Numbered from the stretch's first letter, positions 7,968 through 18,202 are shown. The stretch: DNA of 64,000 nucleotides from Candidatus Micrarchaeota archaeon (GCA_038046605.1 JBBSVW010000073.1:196-64195), one strand, 5' to 3'. Program-made: numbers and translations. Notes: generated by a model from the letters alone, not told the origin.

Positions 7968-9244
7968 TTATGGCGCCTCCTATACCATTTGTAGCCAAAG
8001 AACGCCGCAACAAGCAGAATCAAAATTCCTCCAATCACAATTGGCTGAATTCCCAATATTGTGAATTGCTGCGAGTTCCTTCCAAATCTTTGGTTGGTTC
8101 CGGTTATCCCATCTGCGGTATTGCCCGTTCCGATGCCGCCAAAACCTGCAACTGCCCCAATCTCGAATTCCTTTTGCTGTATATGTTCGGCATTCAATGA
8201 ATCCTTGTAGGACACTTTGATGTAAACTTTCCCTGCTCCTTGTGTGCCGCTCATTGGCAACAAGCTAAGGGACATGCTAACCGAATCGTCCAAATTTAGC
8301 GTGCCAAAGAACTTTTCGGATGCGCCGCTAAACCTGAAATCATCCGATTCCGCGGAAATAAAAACGCCCCGAACCGGTGTATCGCCCACATTTGCAACGC
8401 CTACAACCAGGAGCTGGCCTGTGGCGCTCGTTGTAGTGGAGCTTGTATCCGCGCTCACAAGAAGGTCCGTATTGGATTCAACCTTGATGCCAAAAGTTTG
8501 CGTGATTGTCGGCTGGGCGACCTTGTCGACCTTATAGGTGATGAGAAGTGTTATGGGGTAATAGCCCGGGTCTGCGGATGGGCTTATTCCCGCATCAAAC
8601 TCAATAGTCTTTTCCGAATCAAGGGCTATTCCCTCAATATATTTCCGGTCAGAGCCTATTGGCAAAAGGACATTTCCCGGGGTGTATTGCATCTGCACGA
8701 TCACATCCTGCGCATCCCTTGCGCCCACGTTCCTTATTGTGATTGGAAGTTTTACGGTATCCCCGGAAAACACCAACAAATTCCCCCCCACATTGGCAAT
8801 GAGCGCATTTGATAATTGGGGCTCATAAATTGTCAGCTGTATCTGCGCCACCTGCGCCTGCCCCCCTGATGCACCTTGCGCATAAACATAAATATCATAG
8901 TTTCCAGGCTTTGTGGCATTTTGAACCTTGAAATTGACAGAAATTCCTTTCTTTGCACCTACTGCCAAATCATCCAGGAAATAATTGCTTGTCTGTGAGA
9001 GGAATGGAACTAGCACTTTTGCTTCCACATTCCCAATAGCCTCGCCTCCCACGTTTTGAAGATTGAATTGCAGCCTAACCTCATCGCCTGGGTAAATCCT
9101 GTCGGGAGTTTGGATAAGATCGCTAATGGTGATGCCCGATTCGTAGGTTCCGGCAATTCTTGTGACATTGAATGTTGCCGCATTAGCATTTATTGCAAAT
9201 AACAGCACGATCAATCCCAGCATTCCAATTATTCCTCTTACCAT
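7964..9244 (-). CDS. COG1361-type S-layer-domain/CARDB-like exported protein with C-terminal TM anchor
   Basis: Signal peptide, beta-rich repeats, C-terminal hydrophobic segment plus RRRHK. Co-operonic with the ABC ATPase and permease. Confidence 0.6.
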   Translation of the reverse strand: MVRGIIGMLGLIVLLFAINANAATFNVTRIAGTYESGITISDLIQTPDRIYPGDEVRLQFNLQNVGGEAIGNVEAKVLVPFLSQTSNYFLDDLAVGAKKGISVNFKVQNATKPGNYDIYVYAQGASGGQAQVAQIQLTIYEPQLSNALIANVGGNLLVFSGDTVKLPITIRNVGARDAQDVIVQMQYTPGNVLLPIGSDRKYIEGIALDSEKTIEFDAGISPSADPGYYPITLLITYKVDKVAQPTITQTFGIKVESNTDLLVSADTSSTTTSATGQLLVVGVANVGDTPVRGVFISAESDDFRFSGASEKFFGTLNLDDSVSMSLSLLPMSGTQGAGKVYIKVSYKDSLNAEHIQQKEFEIGAVAGFGGIGTGNTADGITGTNQRFGRNSQQFTILGIQPIVIGGILILLVAAFFGYKWYRRRHK

Positions 9245-9258
9245 GCCTCAACACCTCG

Positions 9259-10014
9259 TCATTTCAATTTCAAGTTTTTTTCCTTAATGGCTATTGGTTT
9301 ATCCTCATACTCTATTCTTCCATCACGCAAATGGATGATGCGCTTGCTATACTGCGCAACAGCCGGTTCGTGCGTGACCAGGACTATTGTTGCCCCCCCT
9401 TTTCCAAGTTCCGATATAAGCTCCATTACCTCCTCCCCGGATTTCGAATCCAAATTGCCTGTTGGCTCATCGGCAAGGAGGAAGGAGGGGTTGTTTGCAA
9501 GCGCGCGCGCAATTGCCACTCTTTGCTTTTCGCCTCCGCTAAGTTCCCTTGGCCGATGGTTTTTCCTATCGGTCAAGCCTACTTTTTCCAATAGCTTTAG
9601 GGCGCGTTCCCGCCTCTGGTCGGAATCCATCTCATTGATAGCCATTGCAATTTCCACATTCTCAAGCGCGCTCAGGTTGGATAGCAAATTGAACGCCTGG
9701 AAAACGAACCCTATTTTTCTGCACCGAACCTCCGCCAGGCGGTTTGCGCCAAAAGTGGAAATATCCTCCCCATCTATGAAAACCTTCCCAAACGTTGGGA
9801 GGTCAAGGCATCCTATCATCTGAAGCATCGTGCTTTTTCCGCTTCCGGATGGGCCCATGATGGAAACGAATTCGCCCTTCCTAACCGTGAAGGATATTTC
9901 ATTCAGGACGCGCAGCTTCCGGTCCCCGATAGGGTATTCCTTCGAAACCTTTTCAAATTTGATTACCTCTTTTTCTGCCGCTGCTACCAACTTTACCCCT
10001 TCTTTTAATTTCAA
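9259..10014 (-). CDS. ABC transporter ATP-binding protein (MacB/LolD-type)
   Basis: Walker A GPSGSGKST, signature LSGGEKQRVAIARAL, Walker B LLADEPTGNLD. Confidence 0.9.
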   Translation of the reverse strand: MKLKEGVKLVAAAEKEVIKFEKVSKEYPIGDRKLRVLNEISFTVRKGEFVSIMGPSGSGKSTMLQMIGCLDLPTFGKVFIDGEDISTFGANRLAEVRCRKIGFVFQAFNLLSNLSALENVEIAMAINEMDSDQRRERALKLLEKVGLTDRKNHRPRELSGGEKQRVAIARALANNPSFLLADEPTGNLDSKSGEEVMELISELGKGGATIVLVTHEPAVAQYSKRIIHLRDGRIEYEDKPIAIKEKNLKLK

Positions 10015-10110
10015 GTCATTTCAGATAGCAATGATTATAATGGTAATGGGATATATTAGTTGTGTGAAATAACCTGAAATAAGTAATGAATTGAAATCAT
10101 TTCAGCTTAT
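10015..10110. promoter_or_regulatory. Divergent promoter region with repeated atttcag/ctgaaat heptamers (candidate operator)
   Basis: atttcag at 10018-10024 and 10099-10105; inverted ctgaaat at 10074-10080; related gtgaaat at 10064-10070. AT-rich. Confidence 0.35.
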
Positions 10111-10141
10111 TTATGGCAATTTGCTGTTTGGGGTGGTTCAA

Positions 10142-10696
10142 ATGAAAGAACTTCGGATCCTTGGCTATGTATCCCTCATATACGGTGGCTTTCTTGTGAT
10201 CGCCTACCTCGCGCTTGCTTATTCCGCAATCTGGAGGAATGAATTCCTTCCGGTATTTCCCGAAAACCCGCGGTTTGCATCTCAGGGGAGTTTGAGCGGA
10301 TCAATAAACAATGGTTCTTTTCCCCCGCAGGATTTTGAGCGCTTCCGGCAGGTGCGCGATCCCTATTCCCTTGTTTTTTCGCCCCAATCCCTTGGCATAT
10401 TGCTAACTGGAATGCTGCTCATCATAAACGGTTACTATCTCCAAAAGCATTTGCGGCAAAAGGAGAACAAGGAAACCAAGAAATTCCTGCTCTCGACCCT
10501 GCTTACGGATGAGGAGAAGACAATTTATGACGAACTGGTAAAGGCAGGCGGCCAATTGACGCAAAAGCAGCTTGCAATCAAGGGGGGCTTTTCAGCCGTC
10601 AAGACTTTCCGCATCCTTCGACGCATGGAGGACAAGAAGCTGCTTAAATCCTTCGAGTTTGGCATGACTAAAAAGATTGTGCTTAACGAAGGCTGA
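10142..10696 (+). CDS. Membrane-anchored winged-helix transcription regulator (TrmB/MarR-like C-terminal wHTH)
   Basis: Two predicted N-terminal TM helices. C-terminal LTQKQLAIKGGFSAVKTFRILRRMEDKKLL wHTH. Start moved to ATG 10142. Confidence 0.5.
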   Translation: MKELRILGYVSLIYGGFLVIAYLALAYSAIWRNEFLPVFPENPRFASQGSLSGSINNGSFPPQDFERFRQVRDPYSLVFSPQSLGILLTGMLLIINGYYLQKHLRQKENKETKKFLLSTLLTDEEKTIYDELVKAGGQLTQKQLAIKGGFSAVKTFRILRRMEDKKLLKSFEFGMTKKIVLNEG

Positions 10697-10763
10697 ATGC
10701 AATGATGGATAGGCCTGTGATGTAATCACTTGCCCATCGTAAAGTGTTAATAATTACTCCCGA

Positions 10764-11813
10764 ATGCCTTTAATGGTAAACATGGCCCTAAACGACGAGC
10801 AAAAAGCGCAAATAGAGCGCCAGCTTGCAAGGCATCACCATGAAAGTTTCAGGACCGACCTCTGGTATGGCAAAACCCATCTTAAGGGCTTTTCCATCCA
10901 TGCAAAAGTCCATCGGCCGGACATAATGGGCGGATCCCAAGTGATGGCGACATTTTTAGCCGAGCATCCGGAATATTACAAAGGCTTCCATGCGCTTGAC
11001 ATGGGCTGCGGCTCTGGCATCCTAGGCACGGTCATGGCGAAAAACGGGGCCTACAAAGTGGTGATGGCTGACAACTCCCGCCCAGCGGTTGCAAATAGCC
11101 AGGAAAACATCGAAAACTTCGGCCTTAAGGATAGGGCTAGCGCCATTGAAAGCGACCTCTTTTCGAAAATCAAGGGCAAATCCCACCTAATCGTTTTCAA
11201 CCATCCCTTCTTTCCCGGAGATCCTGCGGATTATAGGGATAGCCCGGCGGCAGCAACCATGCTTGATGAGGGTTCCTTGCTCAAACGGTTCCTTAGAGAT
11301 GCTCATAAGCACCTATTGCCCGGGGGCAGAATCCTCATGCCCTTTTTCCACCTTGCAGGCGAGACCAGCAATCCCGAAATCCGTGCAAAGGAGCATGGCT
11401 ATGATGTAAAGAAAGTATTCGGCACTAATTCGACGGATTCCATTCAAAAGGGGGAAATCTCAATTTACGAGCTCACCCTAAAAGCGCATTCCGACCTAGC
11501 AGCTGCAAGGGAACATCCCATAGTAAAATTGGCAATTTCCCCGATAAATTCGCGCACGCGCCTTTTTGCATCGGTGATTGGCAATGGCAGGAAGGCGATA
11601 TTAAAGGTTGAATCGCCCGTTGCCTCCGACCTGATTAAGGCATTGCATAGGAATGATATTCGATCAAGCGAAATTACCAGTACACTTAAAACCAAATACC
11701 ATAGGATAATTGTCCATAATTTGGACGAGCCTTCGGCTTCCCTGATAAATGCCCTGAGGGTAATTAGGGATGAAAAAAATATGTTGCGTCAAGGGAAAAA
11801 GAAGGAAAAATAA
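10764..11813 (+). CDS. Class I SAM-dependent methyltransferase (MTS/RsmC-like, NHPFF motif IV) with ~130-aa C-terminal extension
   Basis: Motif I LDMGCGSGILG, acidic motif II VVMADN, motif IV FNHPFFPG. Confidence 0.6.
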   Translation: MPLMVNMALNDEQKAQIERQLARHHHESFRTDLWYGKTHLKGFSIHAKVHRPDIMGGSQVMATFLAEHPEYYKGFHALDMGCGSGILGTVMAKNGAYKVVMADNSRPAVANSQENIENFGLKDRASAIESDLFSKIKGKSHLIVFNHPFFPGDPADYRDSPAAATMLDEGSLLKRFLRDAHKHLLPGGRILMPFFHLAGETSNPEIRAKEHGYDVKKVFGTNSTDSIQKGEISIYELTLKAHSDLAAAREHPIVKLAISPINSRTRLFASVIGNGRKAILKVESPVASDLIKALHRNDIRSSEITSTLKTKYHRIIVHNLDEPSASLINALRVIRDEKNMLRQGKKKEK

Positions 11814-11824
11814 TAAAGAGGGAT

Positions 11825-12166
11825 TTACCTCTTCGAGGTCGCATCCTCCTTCATGATCATCTTCACAATCATGAAAACGACAAATGCCACGACCAGGAAA
11901 TCGATCAGCACTCCAAGGAAATCGCCGTACTTGAAGGAATTTGTGACCGTCCCATCGGCGGCCTTTGCAAGCACAATCTCCCATGTTCTCCAATCGCCGC
12001 CGGGCGTTACGATGGAAACAAGGGGCATGATGAAATCCGCAACCAGTGCGGTCACCAATTTCCCTGCTGCCGCGCCTATGATGAATGCAACCGCAAGCCC
12101 AAGCACCTGGTATTTTTTCAAAAATTCCTTAAACTCGCCTGTAAAACGCATTATTCCCCGCCTCAA
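11825..12166 (-). CDS. mscL: Large-conductance mechanosensitive channel MscL
   Basis: FKEFL...GLAVAFIIGAAAGKLVTALVADFIMP N-terminal signature, two TMs, charged C-terminus. Confidence 0.8.
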   Translation of the reverse strand: MRRGIMRFTGEFKEFLKKYQVLGLAVAFIIGAAAGKLVTALVADFIMPLVSIVTPGGDWRTWEIVLAKAADGTVTNSFKYGDFLGVLIDFLVVAFVVFMIVKMIMKEDATSKR

Positions 12167-12212
12167 GTATTGGATGTAACGGGAAGAACGTGGAAATTTA
12201 TAAACCTAAAGC

Positions 12213-12821
12213 GTGTATTCAATTCCCCCTTCAATAAGCGAATATTTGGCGATTCCCATGCTCGACCTCCAGATGATCCTCAAAATAAGCTTCCTGCTAA
12301 ATCCCCTCTCCTCCATACCCGTTCTTTTTGTTGCCTACCACCAAAAACTCAATGTGAAATCAATTGCATTCAAATCGGTGCTGCTAGGCTTTGCGGTCGC
12401 AATTGCATTCGTTTTGATTGGGCCATACCTTTTCAATATCTATGGGATCGATATCAATTCCTTCAGGGCAGCCGGAGGGCTTGTCATCCTCCTATTGGGT
12501 TTGAGCATGGCGCGCGAAAAGAAGGACTATTCCTCCGAACACCCAGACGCCCTTGTTTCCCTCATAGCAACTCCCCTGCTAACGGGTCCAGCCACGATGT
12601 CATTCCTAATTCTCACTGCAGCTGAAGTAGGTGTAAGCTCAGTTCTTGCCAATCTTGTGTTCTCATTCCTGATAGTCGGCTCATTTTTCGTGGTAATTGC
12701 TTATATGATCCCGCATGTCAATTTGGAATACGTGCGCTTTGTCAGCCGCCTCCTTGGCCTGTTTCTCATCGCGCTTGGATTGGAAATGATGGTTTTGGGG
12801 CTCAAGGCAATTGCGTTTTGA
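12213..12821 (+). CDS. MarC-family (UPF0056) integral membrane protein
   Basis: ~200 aa, 6 predicted TM helices. Confidence 0.4.
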   Translation: MYSIPPSISEYLAIPMLDLQMILKISFLLNPLSSIPVLFVAYHQKLNVKSIAFKSVLLGFAVAIAFVLIGPYLFNIYGIDINSFRAAGGLVILLLGLSMAREKKDYSSEHPDALVSLIATPLLTGPATMSFLILTAAEVGVSSVLANLVFSFLIVGSFFVVIAYMIPHVNLEYVRFVSRLLGLFLIALGLEMMVLGLKAIAF

Positions 12822-12974
12822 AAAAATTGGTGCAATGCTTTTCCCCAGCATAAGCTCGCTTTTACATTTTTTACGCGGTACACATTTAGCGCCTCCGACC
12901 CGGATTGGTTTTTGCTTACGCCCCCACTTTAGAGTTACATATCGATTAAAAACGATCTCCGATATTACCTAATC

Positions 12975-13772
12975 ATGATAAAGTTACCTGCAATATTTGC
13001 GCTTGCTGTTTTTTCAATTCTACTCTTTGGCTGCACCCAAACTTCTCCGGACAACACCCCCAAGGGCTCCTATTTTGAAATCGTCCGGGAGGGCAAGGCG
13101 CTTGGGGATCTTGGCTCAAAGGAATACCTCCTAACTGGCGAAGGCCTTCTTCTTCGCAAAATAAAGGTGGAATTTTCCGGTAGGCCTCCGCTCCCAACGG
13201 ACATTTCAATTTGGCGCATTCCAAAGGAGAATGCAGTTCCTCTCATGCTGCAGGTAAGGGGTGAAACAAAATCCGTATTCGAGGAGTGCGACAATTGCGC
13301 AACCTACCATCTCTTCTATGGTGATTCGACCGGAATCAAGGTTTTTGAGGCGCCGGAATACAAGACGCCCAAATTCATAACCGATCTTCCCGGAAGGATG
13401 GAAGACATCATCAAAACGGCGGCAAGGGAAGAAACGTTTTTTGCCTCCATGGTCTATTCGAAAAGGGGGATAATTTACGATTACCACATTTTTGGTGACG
13501 GAACAGTCATTTATGAGGAATTTGGCTATTCCCCCGCGACAATGGCAAATGCCAAAGTGCAAAGGATGAATACGGGGCAATTTTTCACCACAATCCCCGA
13601 TGCATTCTTTGAGGAAAAGGATTCTGGGAATGGCTGCAACCGTGACGGCTTCGATTACGGCTATGTTGAGATCGCAAAGGGCGAAAAAACCAACTTCATT
13701 TTCACCTGCGGAAATGGGCAAAACCCTTCCGATCTTGTTTTTAATCAATTGATGAATTTGGTGGAAAAATGA
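12975..13772 (+). CDS. Putative lipoprotein
   Basis: Signal peptide with LLFGC lipobox. Confidence 0.5.
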   Translation: MIKLPAIFALAVFSILLFGCTQTSPDNTPKGSYFEIVREGKALGDLGSKEYLLTGEGLLLRKIKVEFSGRPPLPTDISIWRIPKENAVPLMLQVRGETKSVFEECDNCATYHLFYGDSTGIKVFEAPEYKTPKFITDLPGRMEDIIKTAAREETFFASMVYSKRGIIYDYHIFGDGTVIYEEFGYSPATMANAKVQRMNTGQFFTTIPDAFFEEKDSGNGCNRDGFDYGYVEIAKGEKTNFIFTCGNGQNPSDLVFNQLMNLVEK

Positions 13773-13791
13773 TTGCAAATTACTTGGTGGT

Positions 13792-14796
13792 GTGCAAATG
13801 AGGCAATTAACTCTCGTTTCAATTTTCCTCCTTATCGCCATTAGTTTTGTTCATGCAATCGTAATCATCCCGCCGGTTGTTTATTTTGTGACCCTATCAA
13901 TTAGCACCTTCATCTCAAGCTCGGTTGTTTCCCTCCTCCTCTTTGGCGCCCTTAAGGGCTTTGCTGATAGGAAATACTTCGGCAAATCCCTATTTGACAT
14001 ATTGCAAAAAATCAAGTCCGGAGTTTCAACATTCATCATGGCAATATCGTGCATGTTTCTTGCGCTTCTTGCCATTTATCCGATTGATTTGGAAAGCACC
14101 CTTATTGCGGCGGCCATTTCCGCGGCATTGTTCCTCCTCCTAAAATTCGTTTTTTCACTTAGGGAATTTGGCGCTTTGGGAAGCTCCAAAAAGCGATCCC
14201 TTCTAATCAGCTGGCTGGCCCTAGCCCTATTCATCGGCATCGCGTTTTCATTTTCTGCCCTCCTTTCCATCCAATCCTATCGTGTAATTACCGGATCTGG
14301 CGGCGGCTATCCCTCCCAGCAGGCCGAAAAAAGCCCCCTTGCGCCGCTTGCAGAATTGCTAACCGGTCAAGGCGCGCCATCATCTGCGGAAAGCCAAAAT
14401 TTGCTTATTGCCCCAACAGAAAGTAAAAAATCATCATCAGTGCCTTCTGAAGCGCAGGGTAGCGAATTAATTGGGGCCATTCAAGCACCTTCCCCATCCA
14501 AGGCAGCGGCATCCCCAACATCGGCTCCCGCTTCTTTGCCGGAGCAAAAAATATGGTTCATCCCCCAAAGCGCAGCGCCATGCACCATTTTTGCGGATTC
14601 TTCCGTGCAATCCTTCACTCCTTCCTATTCGTGCCTCTCGGAGGAAAACGGCAAAAGACAACGCATCTTTTGCCCCGTTTATATTTCCCACGACCAGGTA
14701 CCGATGAGAGGGGAAGTTGAATTCAAGGCAACGGGTTCATGCGTTGGGGTTGTCATGACAATTGTGGCTGAAAACGGATTTGAAAACATAAGGTAA
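13792..14796 (+). CDS. Membrane protein with S/A/P-rich linker and Cys-containing C-terminal domain
   Basis: Multiple N-terminal TM helices; low-complexity linker. Confidence 0.4.
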   Translation: MQMRQLTLVSIFLLIAISFVHAIVIIPPVVYFVTLSISTFISSSVVSLLLFGALKGFADRKYFGKSLFDILQKIKSGVSTFIMAISCMFLALLAIYPIDLESTLIAAAISAALFLLLKFVFSLREFGALGSSKKRSLLISWLALALFIGIAFSFSALLSIQSYRVITGSGGGYPSQQAEKSPLAPLAELLTGQGAPSSAESQNLLIAPTESKKSSSVPSEAQGSELIGAIQAPSPSKAAASPTSAPASLPEQKIWFIPQSAAPCTIFADSSVQSFTPSYSCLSEENGKRQRIFCPVYISHDQVPMRGEVEFKATGSCVGVVMTIVAENGFENIR

Positions 14797-14802
14797 TCGT
14801 AC

Positions 14803-16191
14803 ATGGATATCGGGCAACTTGATTTGGACCTGGCAAATGCCGCCAAACGCAATATTATCTTCGGAAAAGAGCCCCTTGTGCTTGCACGAACCGAAAATTC
14901 CGACCTCCTATCGGCATCCAAGGAATCCGGAGTTGAATTCTTTGAACGCGTTTTTTCTTCAGATGGGCCGCTTTGGCGCATGTACCAGGAAGCCCGCCTT
15001 GGCTACCTCCCGGAAAATGCCTCCCACCTCAATTTTATTGCGGGAAGGATGTATTTCCTTAGGAATGTTGAGAAAAAATACCTGCGATCCTCCGGCATGG
15101 AAAAAAATTATGCGTGGAGTGATGGAAAATTAACGGAATTTGCGCCCATCTCCCCCCAAAACGCCCTTCTGTTCATCTCATCGCCATTTGGAATGCTCTC
15201 GCAGGCGCTCGACATTTCCTTGCTTCCCCTCTATGTTGACGAAAAGATGCGCGAATTTGGCACCTTCAAGGAAAAAACCCTGCGCTATTATTCCGAGCAC
15301 AAGGGTTCAACTGCGCATCCGGTGGAACTGGCAAAAGAATCGCTGGCAAATGCCGTGCAATCGATGCACTATTCGTTTATTTCATCCCTTGCCGCCGCAT
15401 TCAAAATCAAAATGCGCAATTCCGGGCAATGGGGGGTTTGCGAAGCCGAAACGCTATTTCATCTATTGGAGAAGGGCGATATTGATGGGGCAGCAAGGCA
15501 ATACGGATTCCATTCGGTTTCCCCCTACGACATATCCGCTGCAAGATTCCACGAGGATCTCAAATATGCCAAAAGAAAGCCCGTTCCCTTCCCTCTGGAT
15601 CCCTATGCGCGCCTGCGTGAGAACGCCAAATTCCAATGCTCCCGCTACCTTGATTTGATGCGTGATGCATATGTTTCAATTGGCGAGGAATCCGGCATTG
15701 GCGGGCTTGTGTTCTACTTGAAAACCGACGAATTGGAATCCACCATAGCCGACCCCCGCAAATGGAAGGAGGAGGCGCAAAGAAGGAAAAAGGAATATGA
15801 TGGATGGGCGGGGCTGGATTTGCCTGATACCTTTGTTTATGCAAATGGTGCTTGGGTCGAATACGCGGAGAAATCGCCCTCTATAGTTGGAATTCCGGCA
15901 GGCGCCCCGATGGAGGCAAAGGGCGAAGCTGTTTTCATCAACGAGGAAAAGGATTATTCCAAAAGCGTTGGCGGTAAAATCATCATCTCAAAAACTTTCT
16001 CCCCAAACCTTGCCTCGATCTTGAAGGGTTCAGCCGGAATAATCAGCTCATCCGGAGGGGTGCTTGCACATACGGCAATAATTGCCAGGGAGATGGGAAT
16101 TCCGTGCATAGTTTCAGCTAAAGGCGTTGATGGCATAAAGGAAGGGCAAATCGTAACAATTGATGGAAAAAGTGGCAAGATTTCCATTTGA
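14803..16191 (+). CDS. Protein with C-terminal PEP-utilising-enzyme mobile (swivel phosphohistidine) domain and novel ~350-aa N-terminal region
   Basis: C-terminal GGVLAHTAIIAREMGIPCIVSAKG...GQIVTIDGKSGKI matches the PEP-utilizers phosphohistidine domain. No ATP-grasp or TIM-barrel domain seen. Confidence 0.6.
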   Translation: MDIGQLDLDLANAAKRNIIFGKEPLVLARTENSDLLSASKESGVEFFERVFSSDGPLWRMYQEARLGYLPENASHLNFIAGRMYFLRNVEKKYLRSSGMEKNYAWSDGKLTEFAPISPQNALLFISSPFGMLSQALDISLLPLYVDEKMREFGTFKEKTLRYYSEHKGSTAHPVELAKESLANAVQSMHYSFISSLAAAFKIKMRNSGQWGVCEAETLFHLLEKGDIDGAARQYGFHSVSPYDISAARFHEDLKYAKRKPVPFPLDPYARLRENAKFQCSRYLDLMRDAYVSIGEESGIGGLVFYLKTDELESTIADPRKWKEEAQRRKKEYDGWAGLDLPDTFVYANGAWVEYAEKSPSIVGIPAGAPMEAKGEAVFINEEKDYSKSVGGKIIISKTFSPNLASILKGSAGIISSSGGVLAHTAIIAREMGIPCIVSAKGVDGIKEGQIVTIDGKSGKISI

Positions 16192-16440
16192 ATTCTAAAG
16201 TGTTTTGTTTGAGCTCAAATAAGTCCCATCTGATCACTAATCTTGAATTTCCTCCTTCGCGAAACTCTTATTAATCGGCTTTTTCATATTCTCCTGATGC
16301 TATATGGAACTTGACAAGCTTGATAAGATTTTTTGGGTTGGGCTGATACTGGCAGCAATAATACTGTACTTTTGGCTTAAGTCGTTTTTCGGCTAGTTAA
16401 GCTCCCACTTAAGCATTGCAAAACCGATATATTCGCCCCT

Positions 16441-17145
16441 TTGGCTAACTATTGCGTGGTCTATATGGACATGAAACTTAACAAAAGGAAAGAAATGGGA
16501 AAGCGCAGCATAGGCATATTGCTATTGATGCTTGTTGCAATAGGCGCCCTCTATTACCAGAACGTGATCTCATTTGATGCATTTTATACTTTACAAGGGG
16601 GGCAAATCCAGCCTCTTGATGGCCCGCCCCTCCTAAGCGCTAGCTCCAATTCGCAGGCGCAAAAGGATGCCATTGCGCAGGATGCGGCAATTGGGGCGGA
16701 TCAGAAACGAATCGCAGCGCCACTTGCGGCTCCAGCCGCACTTGCAATTGAATCACAGGCGCAAACAATCACAACGGAAACCTACCGTGAAAAAGGCGCC
16801 CTTCAGGATCCGGGCCTATATTATGCGGCAATTGGGATCGTAGGCTTGCTGTTGTTCATGAGCATATTCAAGGTCTCATTCCAAAGCGCGGCGGTTTTTG
16901 ATTCGGATATTTTCAAAACCCTCTCTTCGGAAACTCGCGTTGAGATGCTCTACGCTCTCCAGGAAAGAAGGAAAACACTCTCCGAGCTGGCATTGCAGGC
17001 GGGCATTTCCCTTCCCGGTGCAAAGCAGCACCTGGCCCTTCTTGAAACCAAGGGACTGGTTAGGAAAATGGATGAAGGAAGGAAGTGGAAGTACTATGAG
17101 CTAACGGATCAGGGAAAGAGCATAATCGCCGAGCGTTTTTCCTAA
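16441..17145 (+). CDS. Membrane-anchored ArsR-family wHTH regulator
   Basis: Internal TM segments. C-terminal ETRVEMLYALQERRKTLSELALQAGISLPGAKQHLALLETKGLV (ArsR HTH). Confidence 0.5.
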   Translation: MANYCVVYMDMKLNKRKEMGKRSIGILLLMLVAIGALYYQNVISFDAFYTLQGGQIQPLDGPPLLSASSNSQAQKDAIAQDAAIGADQKRIAAPLAAPAALAIESQAQTITTETYREKGALQDPGLYYAAIGIVGLLLFMSIFKVSFQSAAVFDSDIFKTLSSETRVEMLYALQERRKTLSELALQAGISLPGAKQHLALLETKGLVRKMDEGRKWKYYELTDQGKSIIAERFS

Positions 17146-17497
17146 ATTAGGTTTGAATGGAAAAAACCCATAATTGAACTATTTTCCCTATTTGCGCCAA
17201 ACCCTAGCCGTAAAATTTCTTCCCGCCTCCATAGCCAATTTATTATTGGGAAGGTGCAAGCGCAAAGGGAAGCGTGAATTCCAGGTATATCTCAATTAGC
17301 AAAACCGCGATGAACACGGATACGAAGGTCACAATCAGCATCAATATCACTTTTGGCGCCTTCTCATACTTGTTTGCCAGCCAATCATAAAAAAAGCTCA
17401 TCAGGAAGACAAGCGGGAAAACCAGGAATGTGGCAACTACCGAAAGGAGGAATATGAGCCACCCCTGCGAGAGCATGAAGGTCAAATCTGCCATGAA

Positions 17498-18202
17498 TTG
17501 GTTATTTGCGCCCGATATTTAATACCTACTTTTAGGCGAAAAAAATGGTTTGGCAATATAAGCTCCCTTCGCGAACGTTTTATTAACAATTGCTGCATAT
17601 CCCTATTCCTTCTTGTGGTAAACATGGTCGTATTCCAGATAATCGCATTCACCGTTGCTGTCTTCATTGCCAATGTGATTTCAGGGGGGTTAATCAACAA
17701 TTATTTTGCCCTCACTCCCTCGACATTCCTAACGCAACCCTGGACAATAGTCACCTCCATATTTCTCCATGGCAATCTCATGCATATTTTCTTCAACATG
17801 TTCGGATTGTTCATGTTCGGCCCGTATTTGCAGGCAAAAATTGGCACCAAAAACTTCCTTTATTTGTATTTTGCGAGCGGAATAGTTGGCAATATGGGCT
17901 ATATGATCACTTCCGGCTTTGGCTCAGTTCCCGTCGTTGGGGCGTCAGGCGCAATTTTTGGCGTGCTTGGGACTTTGGCGATTTTGCAGCCAAACCTCAT
18001 GATTTTCGTTGGATTCATCCCAATGCCAATATGGATGGCTTCAATCTTTTGGCTTATTACTGAAACAGTATATGGCTTTGGGCAGCTCCAGGCAGGCGTT
18101 GCCAATTTCGCGCACGTCTTTGGCCTTTTTGGCGGCTTGCTATTTGGGGGTATTTTCAAGAAGCAGATAATTGCAAAAGGCGGATGGCTCCACGATGAAT
18201 GA
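17498..18202 (+). CDS. Rhomboid-family intramembrane serine protease
   Basis: GASGAIFGVLG (GxSG catalytic Ser) and downstream His in FAHVFGLFGG. 6 TM. True start may be the internal Met at 17624. Confidence 0.75.
   Translation: MVICARYLIPTFRRKKWFGNISSLRERFINNCCISLFLLVVNMVVFQIIAFTVAVFIANVISGGLINNYFALTPSTFLTQPWTIVTSIFLHGNLMHIFFNMFGLFMFGPYLQAKIGTKNFLYLYFASGIVGNMGYMITSGFGSVPVVGASGAIFGVLGTLAILQPNLMIFVGFIPMPIWMASIFWLITETVYGFGQLQAGVANFAHVFGLFGGLLFGGIFKKQIIAKGGWLHDE

Noticed and set aside
9287-9823. 178-aa plus-strand ORF
   Set aside because: Antisense to the ABC ATPase gene, which has canonical Walker motifs.
13206-13841. 211-aa minus-strand ORF
   Set aside because: Antisense to and fully inside the better-supported lipoprotein gene 12975-13772. 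No motifs. Likely a shadow ORF.
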